The translations under genes were made by a program, and so were the position numbers. From NCBI GenBank assembly GCA_001662655.1, contig KV460212.1: a stretch of DNA of 64,000 nucleotides; one strand, 5' to 3'. The notes under the pieces are model-generated. The model searched no databases and was not told where the DNA came from. It saw only the letters and a list, made by a program, of their open reading frames with translations. Origin of the DNA: Pseudogymnoascus verrucosus (Eukaryota). Shown piece by piece: positions 47,930-61,323 of the stretch (position 1 is the stretch's first letter; each line of letters starts with the position of its first letter).

Positions 47930-50251
47930 ATGACAGCGGCTGCAGACATGACTTCTCCGACTCTATCGCCCGGCGCGGAAGCCTCCTTCCTGACACCGTC
48001 AAACGGCAACGACGATCGCTCCATCCACAGCGAGCAAGATACCGATAGCGAGGATGACTCTGTGTTGGGCGCCGCGCGAACCAGCGCTGACATCCGCGAG
48101 CACGATAGGAGAGTCTTGCTCGAGGAGGATGAACGCGACCAGATGCTGACCGAGAACCGCCTGGGTCGTAGAGGCTCCGGTCTAGCCCTCCCCAATCCCT
48201 TCAAGAAGTTGATGGGAAAGACATATGGCAAGGTGTCCGCTGAATCAGGCCCAAGCTCTGAGAGCCTATCGAATAATGCCGACAGCGAAGAAAAGGAGAG
48301 ACGGCGGCAGAGGAGGGCGCGGAGGCAGGACAAGAAAGACAGGTTGACGGAGGCTGCAGCCCATGGCGAGGATAGGGGATTGATGTATGAGATGGAAGAA
48401 GGCTTTTTGAAGGAAGGATCCGCCACTGGGGATAGCAGCAATACCGAAGACTTGTCCGATGTCGACAAAAATGAACCGCACGGCATGAACGACAAATCAA
48501 AGCAGCGGCGCAAGTGGGGAAGATTGTGTTATATTAGCGTTCTCATACTGCTCGCGTTTGTTTTATTGTCCCTTGGTGCTTGGAAATTATCGATGGGAAG
48601 AAGGAAGATGCCCGTCCAGACCATGTTTAATAATGGGACTGCGCTGTTTGCGCCCACGACAATTCTCATCAGCCTTGATGGGTTCCGCGCGGATTTTCTA
48701 CAGAGAGGGATTACGCCGAGGCTGAACTCCTTCGTTGCCGAAGGCATATCCCCAGTATATATGCTTCCAAGTTTTCCTTCGGTCACCTTTCCGAATCATT
48801 ATACGCTTGCCACGGGCCTCTATCCTGAGAGTCATGGTATCGTAGGAAACACGTTTTGGGACCCAGAATTGAAGAGGGAGTTCTATTATACCGATCCCTC
48901 TCGGAGCATGCAGCCAGAATGGTGGGGTGGAGAGCCGATTTGGGTGACGGCAGAGAAGCAAGGGATCCGAACGGCGATACACATGTGGCCAGGGAGTGAG
49001 GCTCATATTATGGATTTAGAGCCGAGTTTCTTGGATACGTTCAAGAGCAAGGAGCCACTTCTCGACAAGGTTGACAGAGTACTCGAGCTCCTTGATAAAC
49101 CGGGACAGGAAGATGAGAGCGCTCTCATTGCCGATATGCGCCCACAGTTGATCGCGGCATACGTCCCCAATGTCGACTCTGCCGGCCACAAATACGGCCC
49201 CAATAGCACCGAGATGAGAGCCACTATTAGCAGTGTGGATAATATGATCGATCAGCTGTTTATTGGTCTCGAAGAAAGGAACCTTACTGAAGTTGTCAAC
49301 GTCGTGATTGTTTCTGATCATGGGATGGCAACAACATCCACAGACAGACTGGTCCAATTGGACGATCTCATCGACCTCAACCTCATCGAGCATACGGATG
49401 GGTGGCCACTATATGGCCTCAGGCCAAAGTCGGCGGATGATTTGATGCCTCTGTACGATACGTTGTCAGCCGCAGCAAAAGCACACGGAAACTTCGAGGT
49501 GTATCTGCGCGATACCAACATGCCAGAGCGGTATCATTTCTCGAAGAATGAACGCATTGCGCCGCTCTGGATTGTACCAAACACGGGGTGGGCAATTGTA
49601 ACCAAAAAAGACTTCAACATTGCGACGGCGAAGGCGGAAGGTAAAGAATACCACCCCAAAGGACTCCACGGCTACGACCACGAGAACCCGTTGATGAGAG
49701 CGATATTCATCGCTAGGGGACCAGCTTTCCCACATTCCCCAAACAGCAGAGTTGAGGTTTTCCGTAAGTGCCATGATCCATATCCTTCCCTCCCACTAAC
49801 CTCTATAGAAAATACCGAGGTGTATAATATCGTTTGCGACACCCTCAACCTCACCCCACAGCCAAACAATGGAACACTGCGGTTGCCGTTGAAGCCAGTC
49901 GGCGCTCACAGCCCCGAAACGACGCCTGAAGAGCCCTTGGACCCTCTGCCGTCAGACGGGCCTTCCACAAGTAAGCCGACAAGCACTGTAGATCCCAGCA
50001 TCGATCGGCCTGTCGTCAGTGATGTTCCAGGTGTCGACAGGCCCGTCATCAGCCAGGGTACACCAGAGACTCCTACCGCTTCAAAAGTTCCTGGTGCTCC
50101 CGAAACTACGGGCGAGGCCGGGGCTGGCGATGGTATCTGGGACATGCTTGATGGCGATTATATTGCAGGTAAGTTAGAAGAGTTCAGGAATTGGTTGAGC
50201 GGTTTTTTGGGGAGTAGCGGTGGAGCTGGGCAAAAGGAAAAGGAAGAATGA
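47930..50251 (+). CDS. NPP1: Type II membrane nucleotide pyrophosphatase/phosphodiesterase (ENPP/Npp1 family)
   Basis: Single TM; LISLDGFR, catalytic PSVTFPNHYT, VDSAGH, VSDHGM, GLHGYD; 45-nt in-frame intron 49764-49808. Confidence 0.93.
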   Translation: MTAAADMTSPTLSPGAEASFLTPSNGNDDRSIHSEQDTDSEDDSVLGAARTSADIREHDRRVLLEEDERDQMLTENRLGRRGSGLALPNPFKKLMGKTYGKVSAESGPSSESLSNNADSEEKERRRQRRARRQDKKDRLTEAAAHGEDRGLMYEMEEGFLKEGSATGDSSNTEDLSDVDKNEPHGMNDKSKQRRKWGRLCYISVLILLAFVLLSLGAWKLSMGRRKMPVQTMFNNGTALFAPTTILISLDGFRADFLQRGITPRLNSFVAEGISPVYMLPSFPSVTFPNHYTLATGLYPESHGIVGNTFWDPELKREFYYTDPSRSMQPEWWGGEPIWVTAEKQGIRTAIHMWPGSEAHIMDLEPSFLDTFKSKEPLLDKVDRVLELLDKPGQEDESALIADMRPQLIAAYVPNVDSAGHKYGPNSTEMRATISSVDNMIDQLFIGLEERNLTEVVNVVIVSDHGMATTSTDRLVQLDDLIDLNLIEHTDGWPLYGLRPKSADDLMPLYDTLSAAAKAHGNFEVYLRDTNMPERYHFSKNERIAPLWIVPNTGWAIVTKKDFNIATAKAEGKEYHPKGLHGYDHENPLMRAIFIARGPAFPHSPNSRVEVFRKCHDPYPSLPLTSIENTEVYNIVCDTLNLTPQPNNGTLRLPLKPVGAHSPETTPEEPLDPLPSDGPSTSKPTSTVDPSIDRPVVSDVPGVDRPVISQGTPETPTASKVPGAPETTGEAGAGDGIWDMLDGDYIAGKLEEFRNWLSGFLGSSGGAGQKEKEE

Positions 50252-50785
50252 GATTTGACGGCCTGGGCACATTTTTAAATGAATTTTGGCATAATGTAGA
50301 TATCGCGTTCTCGTGGCGATAGATCCATAGATCTGTTCTGTTGAAGGGTTGGAATGTATATTAATTATGGTCATATGAAATGGATATTAAATATTTTGTA
50401 ATATTTATTCCAACATCCCTCAAACCAATAAATGAAACAAGAGTTAACGCAATGACACTAATCTCAGATGATCGCACATACAGCTTTTCCATTGCAGAAT
50501 ACGGCCATACTATCCACATGGCTGCATTTTCTTCAATGGATGCTTCATAGATCGCATATATGTTACACTTCAATTGGATGCTATGATTATCAAAGGTAGA
50601 CCCCTAAACTTTGTTCAGATTCATCGCTCGCAAAGCACATAACGCCTCTCTGGTCCCAATGTGCGCCATTGCCCCAGCCATTTCTTCACTCGTCGCCTAG
50701 TCAAAGGCAGATATGTGAACTATAAATACACCTAAAGCCATCTCAAAACGCCCATCCATTGCTCTGTTCGCATGAGACTGGAGCC

Positions 50786-52258
50786 TTAAGACCTCTTCGT
50801 CCCCTTCTTTGCGGTCATCTTCCTGAAAGCCTCCATACCACTTGCACCAATTGGCCTGCTCGCTGGGTCCATGGCTCTCTGCGGATCAAAAGTACTCTTG
50901 GGCGCAACAGTATAACTGGCACTGTGCGTCTCCAGCCTAGCCCTGTTACCCGCCTTTGGCGCGGCCAGTACGCGCTCGCGATCCAGCTCCTTTCGGGACA
51001 ATCCGTTGGATGGCTGGCTCGAAGACTGTGTGCCGGATGGGCGAAGGGCCAGTTGTGCGGCCCTGGGAAGACAGTTAATACGCGCCACTCCAATTCAGAT
51101 AGGGATACATACTGGAAGTCATATTCCTTAGTGGCAATCTTCCTCTTCTTATAATCGTCGCTGCGCTTCAAAATCGGCCTACTCCACTCCCCGAGAAGCC
51201 TCTCTGCAATGCGCTTGATCCCAATCTCAGGTCTCTTGCTCTTGGTGTAGTACAGAACCACCTTTCCAATACCACTGCTGAGAAGAGCCTCTTTTTCAAT
51301 GGGGAGCTGTGCTAGAGCATTGAAAAGATCACGCTGGATGTTATATGCTGGAAGACTGCCGTCGTTCAGGGGTTCGAGGAAGAATTTGACGGAAAGGAGG
51401 AAGTTGGTGTCGGGATCAACAATGGAGTGGCGAACAGTGTTTCGATTGAGAAGAGCAACGACTTCGGGAAGCATCTTCAGCTTATGGACGGCCGGCTGGC
51501 CTCGCTCGCGAGCCGTGTTGTCAGCCTGGCAGGCTTGTTCCATGCGGATCTTCAGGGCCGCAATCTCATCGTCGAAAGCTTCTTCCAGGTCCTAAACAGT
51601 CAGAATCGTATATTCAATAGTCATCAAACATGACACGTACCACATCATCCTTCTTGCGCCTTCTCTTGTTCGGGTTCTTCAATGCCGCATCCATTGCTGC
51701 GTCGAGAGCTGCAGCCCTCCGTTGCTCCGGGGTCATATTCTCCTGGTCCACGGCTTGCACTCGCTCCTCTTCCCTCTTCCTCTCCTTTGCGCGATCTCTC
51801 TCCTTGCGCTCTCCTTCGATCCTAACGGATTTGGGTTTCGCCGTCCGTCTGCCTTCCAGTATCTCTCCATCCGCGCCACTGTCGTACTCCTCGGCACCGG
51901 TCTGGGTCCTCTCGAGCCTCTCCTTCCTCTTCTTCGACTTCTCTCTCTTCCCCTCCTTTGGTTTTTTAGGTGCGCCCTCTCCATCCTTCTCTGGGCGCTT
52001 GCGCTTTCCGGCCTTCAGGGTGCGCGCCACTTCCTCATCAATCTCGACAGGGCCAAGTGCGACGGTGGTAGGGTCAAAGTCGGCAAACTCTGCTTCGTCG
52101 ACCTCGGACAGTTCAGAATCAAGGTCGTCGCGGTCATCGCCATTCTCCTCTGCCTGTTCCACGTCGGAGTTTTCGTTTACATCGGCAACGGGTGTGTCTT
52201 GTGGCGAACCATTATCTTCTGGCGTCGCGGCGCGAGAGCTGCCACCGGCGTCCGACAT
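50786..52258 (-). CDS. IWS1: Transcription elongation factor Iws1/Spn1, 3 exons
   Basis: Acidic/basic N-terminus; KLKMLPEV, FLEPLNDGSLPAYNIQR, SGIGKVVLYY, EWSRPILKRSDDY. Confidence 0.93.
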
Positions 52259-52668
52259 CGTGTCTGTAGTATTATGTGAGGTTTAGACTGGGATCTATCC
52301 GTATCTTGGGTTCGGGGTTGTCGTCAGATAGGTGAGTTGCAGCCCAGAGACGCTGTGGAGTTGGTAGTGGAGATGTGGTGTAAAGGTGGAAGAACGGGTG
52401 TTATTATGTGTAGAGTTCTCGCGCCAACTGGGCGGCCACTGAATATGCACAAACGGATATATTAAAAGTATTGAAACGCGTCTGGTGAAGTGTTGTTCTG
52501 TGGTTGAATTTGAATTGAAAGAATTATAGAGCCTCAGAGGTGATCTGGAAGGCTGAACTACTCCTAGTACGGTAACCAAGTCCGACTACAACGTCAAAAT
52601 AAATTTTGAAGGTCTACATCACTTCAAGTAACCACGACCACCACAACAACACTACTAAATCTAACAAA

Positions 52669-52934
52669 ATGTTCGGAGGACGTAAGTGGAATCATCTGTC
52701 TGACCCTACCCATGGATCTGTTATTGACGCTGGACTGCAGCACCACCACCACCAAGCGCCGCCGAGCTCAGGGCTCAGGAGGATGAGGCTTCCAGCACAA
52801 TCCAGAGAATCATCATTGGAGCCGTTCTTTTGTACCTCTGTAAGTTAACTCTGTCAGATCTTCTCGCTGAGCCGACTCTAATCTATCTCTTCACAGCACC
52901 GTTCGCCGTCGACGCTGTCAAGAAGCTCATCTAA
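52669..52934 (+). CDS. TOM5: Mitochondrial outer membrane translocase subunit Tom5 (49 aa, 3 exons)
   Basis: Exons 52669-52681, 52741-52839, 52897-52934 give [49 protein letters not shown]. Confidence 0.9.
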
Positions 52935-53224
52935 ACCATGTACATCGATGCAACAACAGATGGAAGGGCCATCACGGACGTGATTTGGCATTGTATTATT
53001 AGGCCGAGTACTTTGGGGGGATGGGAAATCACAAAAGGGAAAGGATTACATATGGATTTGGGAACAATAGACGCCTAGAATGTGCCTGAAATCCGGCACA
53101 TTTTGTACAATATTTACGGAATGATTACTGTCTAATACAAAACACCGTTCCCCAGTGCCGACGCCGTTTGGTCATAATAAGGCGAATACATCCATAATAA
53201 CTTAATAAAACCAACCGCTCTTCA

Positions 53225-54536
53225 TTACCTCCTCTTCGTCTCGGAATCCGCGGGCGCCTGCTCTGTCTGCCAGTCCCCAAACTCCGTGTTGATCAACGCC
53301 AGTTCCTTCTTCAAATGTGCCAGCTGCGTTGCGTAATCTTCGAGGATCTACGGGACGGTTAGCGGCGCAGTCAATAAACGTGAGATGGGGCTACAAACCT
53401 TTTCCGCTCTGCGCGCGGTCTGCTCATCCATGCTTGAACCATTGCCGCCTGCCTGTCTCTCCATCTCTTCCTTCAGCAATCTCGCCCTCTCCCTAACGCT
53501 AACCATGCGTGCCCAGATTTCTTCCGCCCTTGCTGATAGAGCTGGATCGCACACTGACTTGTCAAGCGCCGTAAGCTTTACCTTCAAAGCCTCCTCAGCT
53601 GCACCCATAGCAAATCCCCTATTTCTCAGGATCTGTACCTTCGTTGCCAGCGCCAGCGACCTCTGCTTCAACATCGTATGCTTTCGCTTGGCATTCAGGA
53701 TCCTCACGCTCGTTTCCGTGTCATGGCGGATCATCATCGCATCCAAGCTTCCGTTGATTTGGTGCAGCACCCTGTTGAACGCAGCGAGGGTGGTGTTTTG
53801 TGTCTTGATACGCTCGCCCAGCTGCTCAAATCCCGTGCACAACACAGGTATATATCCAGGTCCTGGCTTCTTTGACAGCGCTTCGTCCCATGCCTTGGGA
53901 TCCTCGTTTGGGCCAGCTTTGTAGAATGGCACTTGGTTATCCGCCACTTTGTTGTAGAAGTAGTGCTTGAATACGCAGGTTGGGCTGTTCGGTGACCATT
54001 TTTCGAGAACTACCTGCATTTGTTCGGGGACGGATTTTGGTTCTGTCAAATGTGTTAGATGGACTGCTTAGGGACTTTGAATTGTACATACGAGGGTTTT
54101 GTGTCTGTGGTTGCCATAATTGGGAGCTTCCGAACTGGCTCTGCTGGTTGTTGGGCTGCTGCTGCTGTGTCTGGGCAGATTGCCCAAAAAGTGATGGCTG
54201 TTGTTGTTGCGGCTGTTGAGTCTGTGCCGTCTGCCCAAATAACCCAGTGGGTTGCTGTTGTTGTTGTGTCTGAGTTTGTCCGAATAGAGATGACTGCTGA
54301 GGTTGCTGTGCCTGGGCACTCTGGCCAAATAGAGACTGCTGCGGCTGCTGCTGCTGCGATTGTGTATTTTGCCCAAAGAATCCCGTGCTTTGCTGAGCCG
54401 GCTGAGTCTGTGGTTTTTGGCCAAATATCGAGCTTCCAGCCTGGGCTTGGTTTTGTGTGTTCGCATTGAGTCCTCCAAACAAGCCTCCTCCCGTCTGGGC
54501 TGGCTGAGCCTGTGTATTTCCAAAGCTAAAAGCCAT
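53225..54536 (-). CDS. NUP57: FG nucleoporin Nup57/Nup54 family, 3 exons
   Basis: N-terminal GLFG/SLFG Q-rich repeats; FKHYFYNKV, PVLCTGFEQLGERI and C-terminal coiled coil. Confidence 0.85.
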
Positions 54537-54938
54537 CGTGATAGATTAGGTCGATGTTGTTCGGGGATTGAGAGGAGACGGCTTTGAAGCAGGCAGGGCT
54601 GCGCGTGTCTTTGTTTACTTGCAGTGCTGCTGTACGGTTCACAGAAGATTTCTGCTTCGCCTCATTCGCAGGATCCAGCGCAAAATAGCAAAGATATAGA
54701 CGCAATCTCAAGAAATCTTGTAACCACAATACAAATAAAACAGGCGGCGCAAATGTGGTCGTCTGCTGCTTTCCAAGCGCGCTTCCTAACATTTTGAAGC
54801 TACAGTTCTCCCGATCCCAAAAATTGCTTGGCGCAAGCTCCGCCAATCACAAGCGATTAGTTCTTCGACTCCATGAACCACAAGTCAACCTCACCACGAG
54901 CACTTCCACACGCAATTGTCCACCATTGCGCCTTCACA

Positions 54939-55694
54939 ATGTCGAACGTCGAGCAGCGGCCGTTCGTGCCAGCGAAGAAAGTCAACACTGCCTATCCTGT
55001 ATGTTTCCATCGCCCTTCTTGCGTCGAGAATCCTGCTAACCCGGCAATTACAGCTCATCGACTCTGATCCGTACGTCCCACAACAACCAACAGGCCTCTC
55101 CCAGATAACAGTGCGATACTAACCGGAACAGACATGTCAAGCGTGTATTGGCCTACACTCGCCCCTCGGATTATGCCACGGGAGCTGTGGTCGCCGCTGC
55201 CGGGCCCGGCCTGATGCTCACATGGGAGAAAATCGCTCCGTCGTACGTCGGCAAGGGTGGTTTTGCGCCGATTATGCGCCTGGCTGGATTTGTTGGGCTT
55301 ACCGCTGGTTTCCTGACGATGTATCAGCGCTCCATTCGTGCGTTCTCGCCATATTCCCGCCCGATTGGATCCAGGTCGCGCTCATCTGCTAACATTTGTC
55401 ACTACAGTTCGCTTCTACGGCTTCAGCGAGAACTCCCGTGAGGTCGAGAGGGACATGAAGGAGATGGTTTCGAAAGTCAAGAAGGGCGAGTCCCTCTACG
55501 GCGAGAGCTCACTTACTCCATACATGCAGGGCGTTGCATCCAGGAACTCGCGGTACTCTGGCGTGTTTCTGCACGTCATGCCATGGTTCAACTTTGTGAA
55601 CCACAACCAGCACGGTGTGGATACCGCGAAATACTATCAGCAAGCCGAGAGGGAATTGGAGGCCGAGCGATTGGGAAAGGCAGGCGGGATCTGA
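54939..55694 (+). CDS. Mitochondrial complex I accessory subunit NUXM (20.9/21 kDa type), 4 exons
   Basis: YP|LIDSDP|HVKRV..YTRPSDY; RFYGFSENSREVERDMKEM; PWFNFVNHNQHGVDTAKYY. Confidence 0.9.
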
Positions 55695-56157
55695 TGTGTC
55701 GATAATTATTTTGGGAAAACGGGGGGTGAAGTTGTACATATCCAATGAGATTTCTAGACACTGTTACGTTACGTCGGCCTTATGAGTGATTGATATGTTT
55801 TGATATCACTGGGCGTTACGGTCCGCTGGCAATGCTGTTGGTTCAAATGCTGCGACACTTCTTGTTGTCAGTCGAGGCACCCGTCCCAAATGTAAGAGAC
55901 CATCCCTTAAACATCTGCACGGGTGAGCATTAATATTGGTCGGTAGGGCTATTGGTGTAAATGCTCTCTGAGTATTTATACAGCTGTTCTTGATAGAGCC
56001 CGGGGCAAGTTCAGCTCCCTTCATAGCGCAAGGCTGTTCACAAAACAATTGTAAAGCTTCTTTCCTTGCCTAAATCTACGTAAATTCTTCGTGATATACA
56101 TGTACTTCGTCTGTCTACCTCTTCAATGCTGTGTCAAAAAGATCCTATTCCAAACAT

Positions 56158-57015
56158 TTAACTCGGATTATCACCAGTTGGCTTAACCAACGGTTCTACC
56201 TCAAGATTTAGAACTCTCTCCTTCTTCGGTCTCGGCGCCGGTGCTATAATCAGTTAGAGGCCATGTCTTTAGAAACTCTTGCCAAATAACTCGAGTGGAA
56301 ACTCACCTTTCCCATTCTCCTGTACGTAAAACCGCCGCAGCATCATTATCGCCTCTTCCCTCAGCCAGCCTCCACTGACCTTATACGCCGGGTCTACTGA
56401 TGCACAGTCATGAATACTCAACACACCGCCTGTCCCTCCAAATCGATCGTTCGCAGCGCCAAAATAGACCTTCCTGATCCCGAACTGCCGGAGCAAGGAG
56501 GCGCACATGACGCACGGCTCAACCGTGACATAAAGATCACATTCTGGGAGAACATCGGCAGTGTAGGCCGGCCGGGAGGGGTCAGGCTGGGGTAGGTCGT
56601 TTGGGGAAGTTGACGCCGGAAGGGGCGTCGGCGAAAGGAGCGAGGCAATGGCGATGAATTCGGCGTGGCGTGTGCCGTTGAGGGTGCGGTTGGTGGCGTT
56701 CATGCCACGAGCGACAACGGCCCCATTATGCACAAAGACACAGCCTACAGGGGTCTCGTCTGTGTCAAGGGCAAGTTGTGCCTGTGTTTGGTGAGTATAG
56801 TGGCTTTCATGGGGTCTAATTTGGCAATATAAGAAGGTGGGACATACCATTGCCAACGCTTCCCGCATAAAACCTTCATGGAGAGGCCGCTCCTCTGGAG
56901 GGAAGGTCTCAGGAGGATTGGGAAGAGGGTTAGCAGGATGCTCACCGCCATCAATATTGGCAGGAGCGTCCATTTTTGTTTTCCCAGTCTCTTCACTGAT
57001 TGTTTTCCTCTTCAT
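56158..57015 (-). CDS. TAD2: tRNA-specific adenosine-34 deaminase catalytic subunit, 3 exons
   Basis: ETPVGCVFV, NGTRHAEF, YVTVEPCVMCAS, NDRFGGTGGV, LRRFYVQEN; start at 57015 or 56970. Confidence 0.92.
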
Positions 57016-58918
57016 GGAGAAATTGTGTTGATATTCTAGCGAGAATATTATTTCAAATATATTTAAACCAGCTACATCCCCAACACTCTAGTTCCATCAC
57101 CAAAGTAGTCTACAGATGAGCTGACGCACTGTAAATATTTACAGATGAAATACTATAATTTACAAAACAAATGCCCAATTTTTTACTTCATGGCAATCCC
57201 CAGATGAATAAAAAGCCAATGTCACGTGACTATTATGGACGGTTTCCACACAGTACATGGCCGCTTCCATAGGTAAGAATGACTTGCATCGTCAACCTTC
57301 ATATTTGCAAATTCACAGTTAATAAACTGGCTGTTATACTTTGCTATACTACATAAATAATGCGTACAATGCATTATAATTGCCTCTTGGCGACAATTTC
57401 AGAAACGAGCCAGCGGAAGATGCAAGATTAGCGTGAAGACGGGGCTTCGGCTTCCAAGATACCCTCTGAAACGAACTTTCACATGAATTATTTATCGTAT
57501 TATCATAAGGCGGTATGGACAATCCGCACTACCTCATGGCTTTTGGTTTTAACACCCCACCACCGACAGCAGAATAGGCGGACAGACCAGCACTCGTCTA
57601 TTGCCCCCAATCGATCATTATTGGATCATCACGCCTGCCAAACTCAAACTCGTCCGACCTGAGGAAGAAGACAGGGACATCAGATGAACAAGCATCTCAG
57701 CTGATGTGGGTTGAATCAAGCCGGACGAGTGTCGCCGATCTGTATGAGCGGGGAGAACAGAAGGAGCGAAGGAGCGACGGGGTGCCTCATAGAATACATC
57801 AGCCGAATGGTCAAACAAGTTGCCCCTGCACGGATAGCACAAGGACCCGGGGAGGGCGGCGAGCTCGTAGCTCAAGGATGACCGATGATTGCCTTCAGGT
57901 AAGGGGAACTGAAGCGACCTTGGAGAGAAGACCCGACATAGACCCTCGGAGGTCTTGAGAGCAGTCATATCTCAGGGGAAAGCCCAACAAGGAGTCTGAC
58001 AGCGGAAAAGTACGACGTCTTCAAACAGGCCATGTCGGAGAACCATGTCCCCCTGATGTGCTGCAGGCCTAAATAAAGCTTAAGATATTGGCATTCAGTC
58101 CGCGGACCTGCTCTACTGGCCCGTCACGGCACATTCAGTGGTGGCCATGGCGCTCAACAGTGGCTGTGGCTGCGGCTTGGACCTGTTATGGGACCATATG
58201 GGGCACTGGCATCTCTTGGACGCAGTTTCGCAATTTCCAGTGAGACCATCTCCTGGACCCTTGAGGTCTTGGAAAGAGCCTCTGCGCCATTGAGGCACGG
58301 CCCTTTGGTTCCTTGAACCGCGGCTGATGTAAGCGGCATCACGTACTTCCGGTCGTGTGGTTGGCTCGCTGACCAAAATAACGGGTTATACGAAACTCAA
58401 GCTGTCGCCGACACCGACCGTATACAACGCCAAGGGGTTAAACGACGCTTCAGAACTCCATTCTGATACATCTGCAACTTCATATTTGTGCTGTACCCAT
58501 CACCTCCAATCTCCATTTTTCTACCGAAACAGTCCATTTCTGTCAGAATACCCACTGCCAATGCTTGGACAGCTTGACGTGCCCATGTTGCTCCGCGTTT
58601 AGAAACCGCCATCTTTTGAGACTGATCCTTGCTATTTGCAGTCTCCTTCCCCTTCCATCGTGCCGATGTTTCCGTAATCTGTGCCGCCAGAGCAACCCAT
58701 AAAGACGGTGATGGCGCTCTTGGTATTTCCTTCCGTCTTTTGGTTTTAATCTGCATCGCTTTCTTTTTGCTGACCTGTCTTTTTTGCTTTGGTTCGAAAG
58801 TTCCACACTCATTACCTTCTTTACGTTGATCGTTCCCCTTAACTTCACTTCTACTTTCATTTAACAAGCTGGTCTTATATTCTTATCCTTTATCCCTATT
58901 ACTCGAGTCACCGTCACG

Positions 58919-60987
58919 ATGCGCTTCACATCCTCCGTCCTACTTCTCGCGGCCACCGGCTTGGCTGCCCAGGTCGCCGGAGCTTCAATCGGCTCCCATG
59001 CCCACGAGGCTGCGAGAGGCCTTGAAAACCCCGTTGCTGTGAGAGAAAGCAACCACAGCCGACGACAGCTTAGACGCCGCCAAAACCGCTTCGGAGGTGG
59101 CAATAGATTTGGAGGCAACAACGGCGGCCAGAACGCCAACAATGCCGCCAACACTGGAGGAAACAACGGCGGCCAGAACGCAAACAATGCTGCCAACAAT
59201 GCCGCCAATACTGGAGGTAACACCGGTAACACCGGTAACACTGGCAACAACGGTGGAGGCAACAATGGCGGAGCGAACCCGACTTGCTTAGCAGCCAATG
59301 CTGTGCAGACTGGCAGTGCTGCGACTGGCCAAACTAACGATGTTGCTGCAGCTGGTCAAGTTAACTCGGCAACGTAAGGTTTCTTAACCCCATATATATA
59401 CACCAGCTAACGGAAGCAGTGACCCTGCCAACTTCATCAACTTCTGCTCCGGACAGACCGTCACCAATGGTTTACAAAACACTGACGGCTCGTGCAATGG
59501 AGTTGGTGAGTCAGCCTATTAAACCAAACACTGGACCCTGCTGATTATATATAGTTATGGGAAAAATCCCCGCCAAGAACAAGATGGTTTCTAGCATGAT
59601 CATCAATCCCCAGCCAGGTCAAGTCTTGGAGCCACTCACCACCTTCAATGTTGAAGTTCAGATGGCCAACTTTGCACCTGGCTCCTTCACCAACGCGGCA
59701 AACACATATTACTCTGCCCCGCAAAATCTCGACGGCCAAGGCCAAATCATTGGCCACACTCATGTCACTATCCAGGACATGGGAAACAGCTTTACCCCCA
59801 AAGATGCTCTTGATGCCACAGCATTCGTCTTCTTCAAGGGAATCAATGATAATGGAAACGGCCAAAACCTTCTTTCTGCGGTAGTCACCAATGGGCTTCC
59901 AGAGGGATTCTACCGAATCTGCACTATGAGCTCATCCGCCAACCATCAGCCTGTACTTATGCCTGTAGCTCAACGTGGTGCTCAAGATGATTGCACTAAG
60001 TTCCAGGTCAAGGCGGGTGGCAATGGAGGCAACGCAAACCAGGGTGGAAACGGCAACAATGCCAACAACGGCAACAATGCCAACACGGGAGGNNNNNNNN
60101 NNNNNNNNNNNNNNNNNNNNNNNNNNNNNNNNNNNNNNNNNNNNNNNNNNNNNNNNNNNNNNNNNNNNNNNNNNNNNNNNNNNNNNNNNNNNNNNNNNNN
60201 NNNNNNNNNNNNNNNNNNNAATGCCAACAATGGCAACAATGCTAACACTGGAGGAAATGCCAACACCGGTGGCAATACCGACAACGGAGGCAATACCAAC
60301 ACTGGAGGCAATACCAACACTGGAGGCAATACCAACACTGGAGGCAATGCCAACAACGGAGACAATACCGACAACGGAGGCAATGCCAACAACGGAGACA
60401 ATACCAATGGTAACGGCGGGGCTGCTGATACAACTTCTGCAGCTGACGCCGCTGCTACAACCGATGCCGCCGCTGATGCAACTTCGGCAGCTGACGCCAC
60501 TGCTACAACCGATGCCGCTGCTGATACAACTGATGCCGCCGCTACGACCGAAGCCGCCGCTGCCACGACTACCGCAGCTACAAAAAACGGTGGCAAAGGT
60601 GGCAAGGGACGCGGAGGAAAGGGAAACCAAAGCGGGAACACCAATGGCAACACGAATGGCAACGGTGACGCTGCAGCTTCGTCAGTAGTCGACAACAATA
60701 ACGCTGCCACTACCGCTGCTGATGTCCCAGCCACCTCTAGCACCGCCATCGCAATGAACAAGGCCGGCAATCTCGGTGGAGCCGCGCCACCAGTGCTTAA
60801 CAGTGGTGACGCCAAGCGACCCTTCTGTGTCAAAGACAACACCTTCACGAACCGCGCCACGGCAGTGCAGCGCTCATGTGACATCCAGTTCAATGCGTGC
60901 GCCGATGCGATGAACGGTGGGAAGCTGCCGGGGGTCACAATGTCGGACTGCAATGCGCAGAAGCAAGCGTGCAGCAAGCAGGGATAG
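58919..60987 (+). CDS. Secreted Gly/Asn- and Ala/Thr-rich protein with conserved Cys-containing core; spans an assembly gap
   Basis: Signal peptide, basic RRQLRRR processing site; NFINFCSG..TNGLQ...GSCNG.VMGKIP core; GGNTNT-type repeats; C-terminal RSCDIQFNACAD..CNAQKQAC. Confidence 0.85.
60093..60219. other. Assembly gap (127 N) within the Gly/Asn repeat
   Basis: Run of n flanked by AATGCCAACAA repeats. Confidence 1.
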
Positions 60988-61323
60988 TGGCTGGTTTGGA
61001 ATCGGGTGTCTGTATAAGTAGATTGGAGGTGATGCCTCGTTGTCTGTTTGTTTTCCATTTCATGAAGATGACTCGGGGTTTTTTTTTAGGATTTTATCAA
61101 TATATATGTGGTGCTTATGATTATAAATTGCTATATGTGATTCCTACTTGCTCTCACCATGCTTAGTCTTTAGACACGAAACGGAATAAACTCCGAGAGA
61201 AGGTGGGGTTATCCCATGACGTTTTTCGGATAAGACATCCCCGTCTGCCCCCGCACCCCACCAACGTCTTTGAGTAAACAAATCTGCAGCACAATCATCA
61301 GGGGCACCTATAACTATTTTAAC

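Noticed and set aside
57250..58900. Short ORFs upstream of the Gly/Asn-rich gene
   Set aside because: No motifs; pyrimidine-rich tract near the ATG fits promoter/5' UTR
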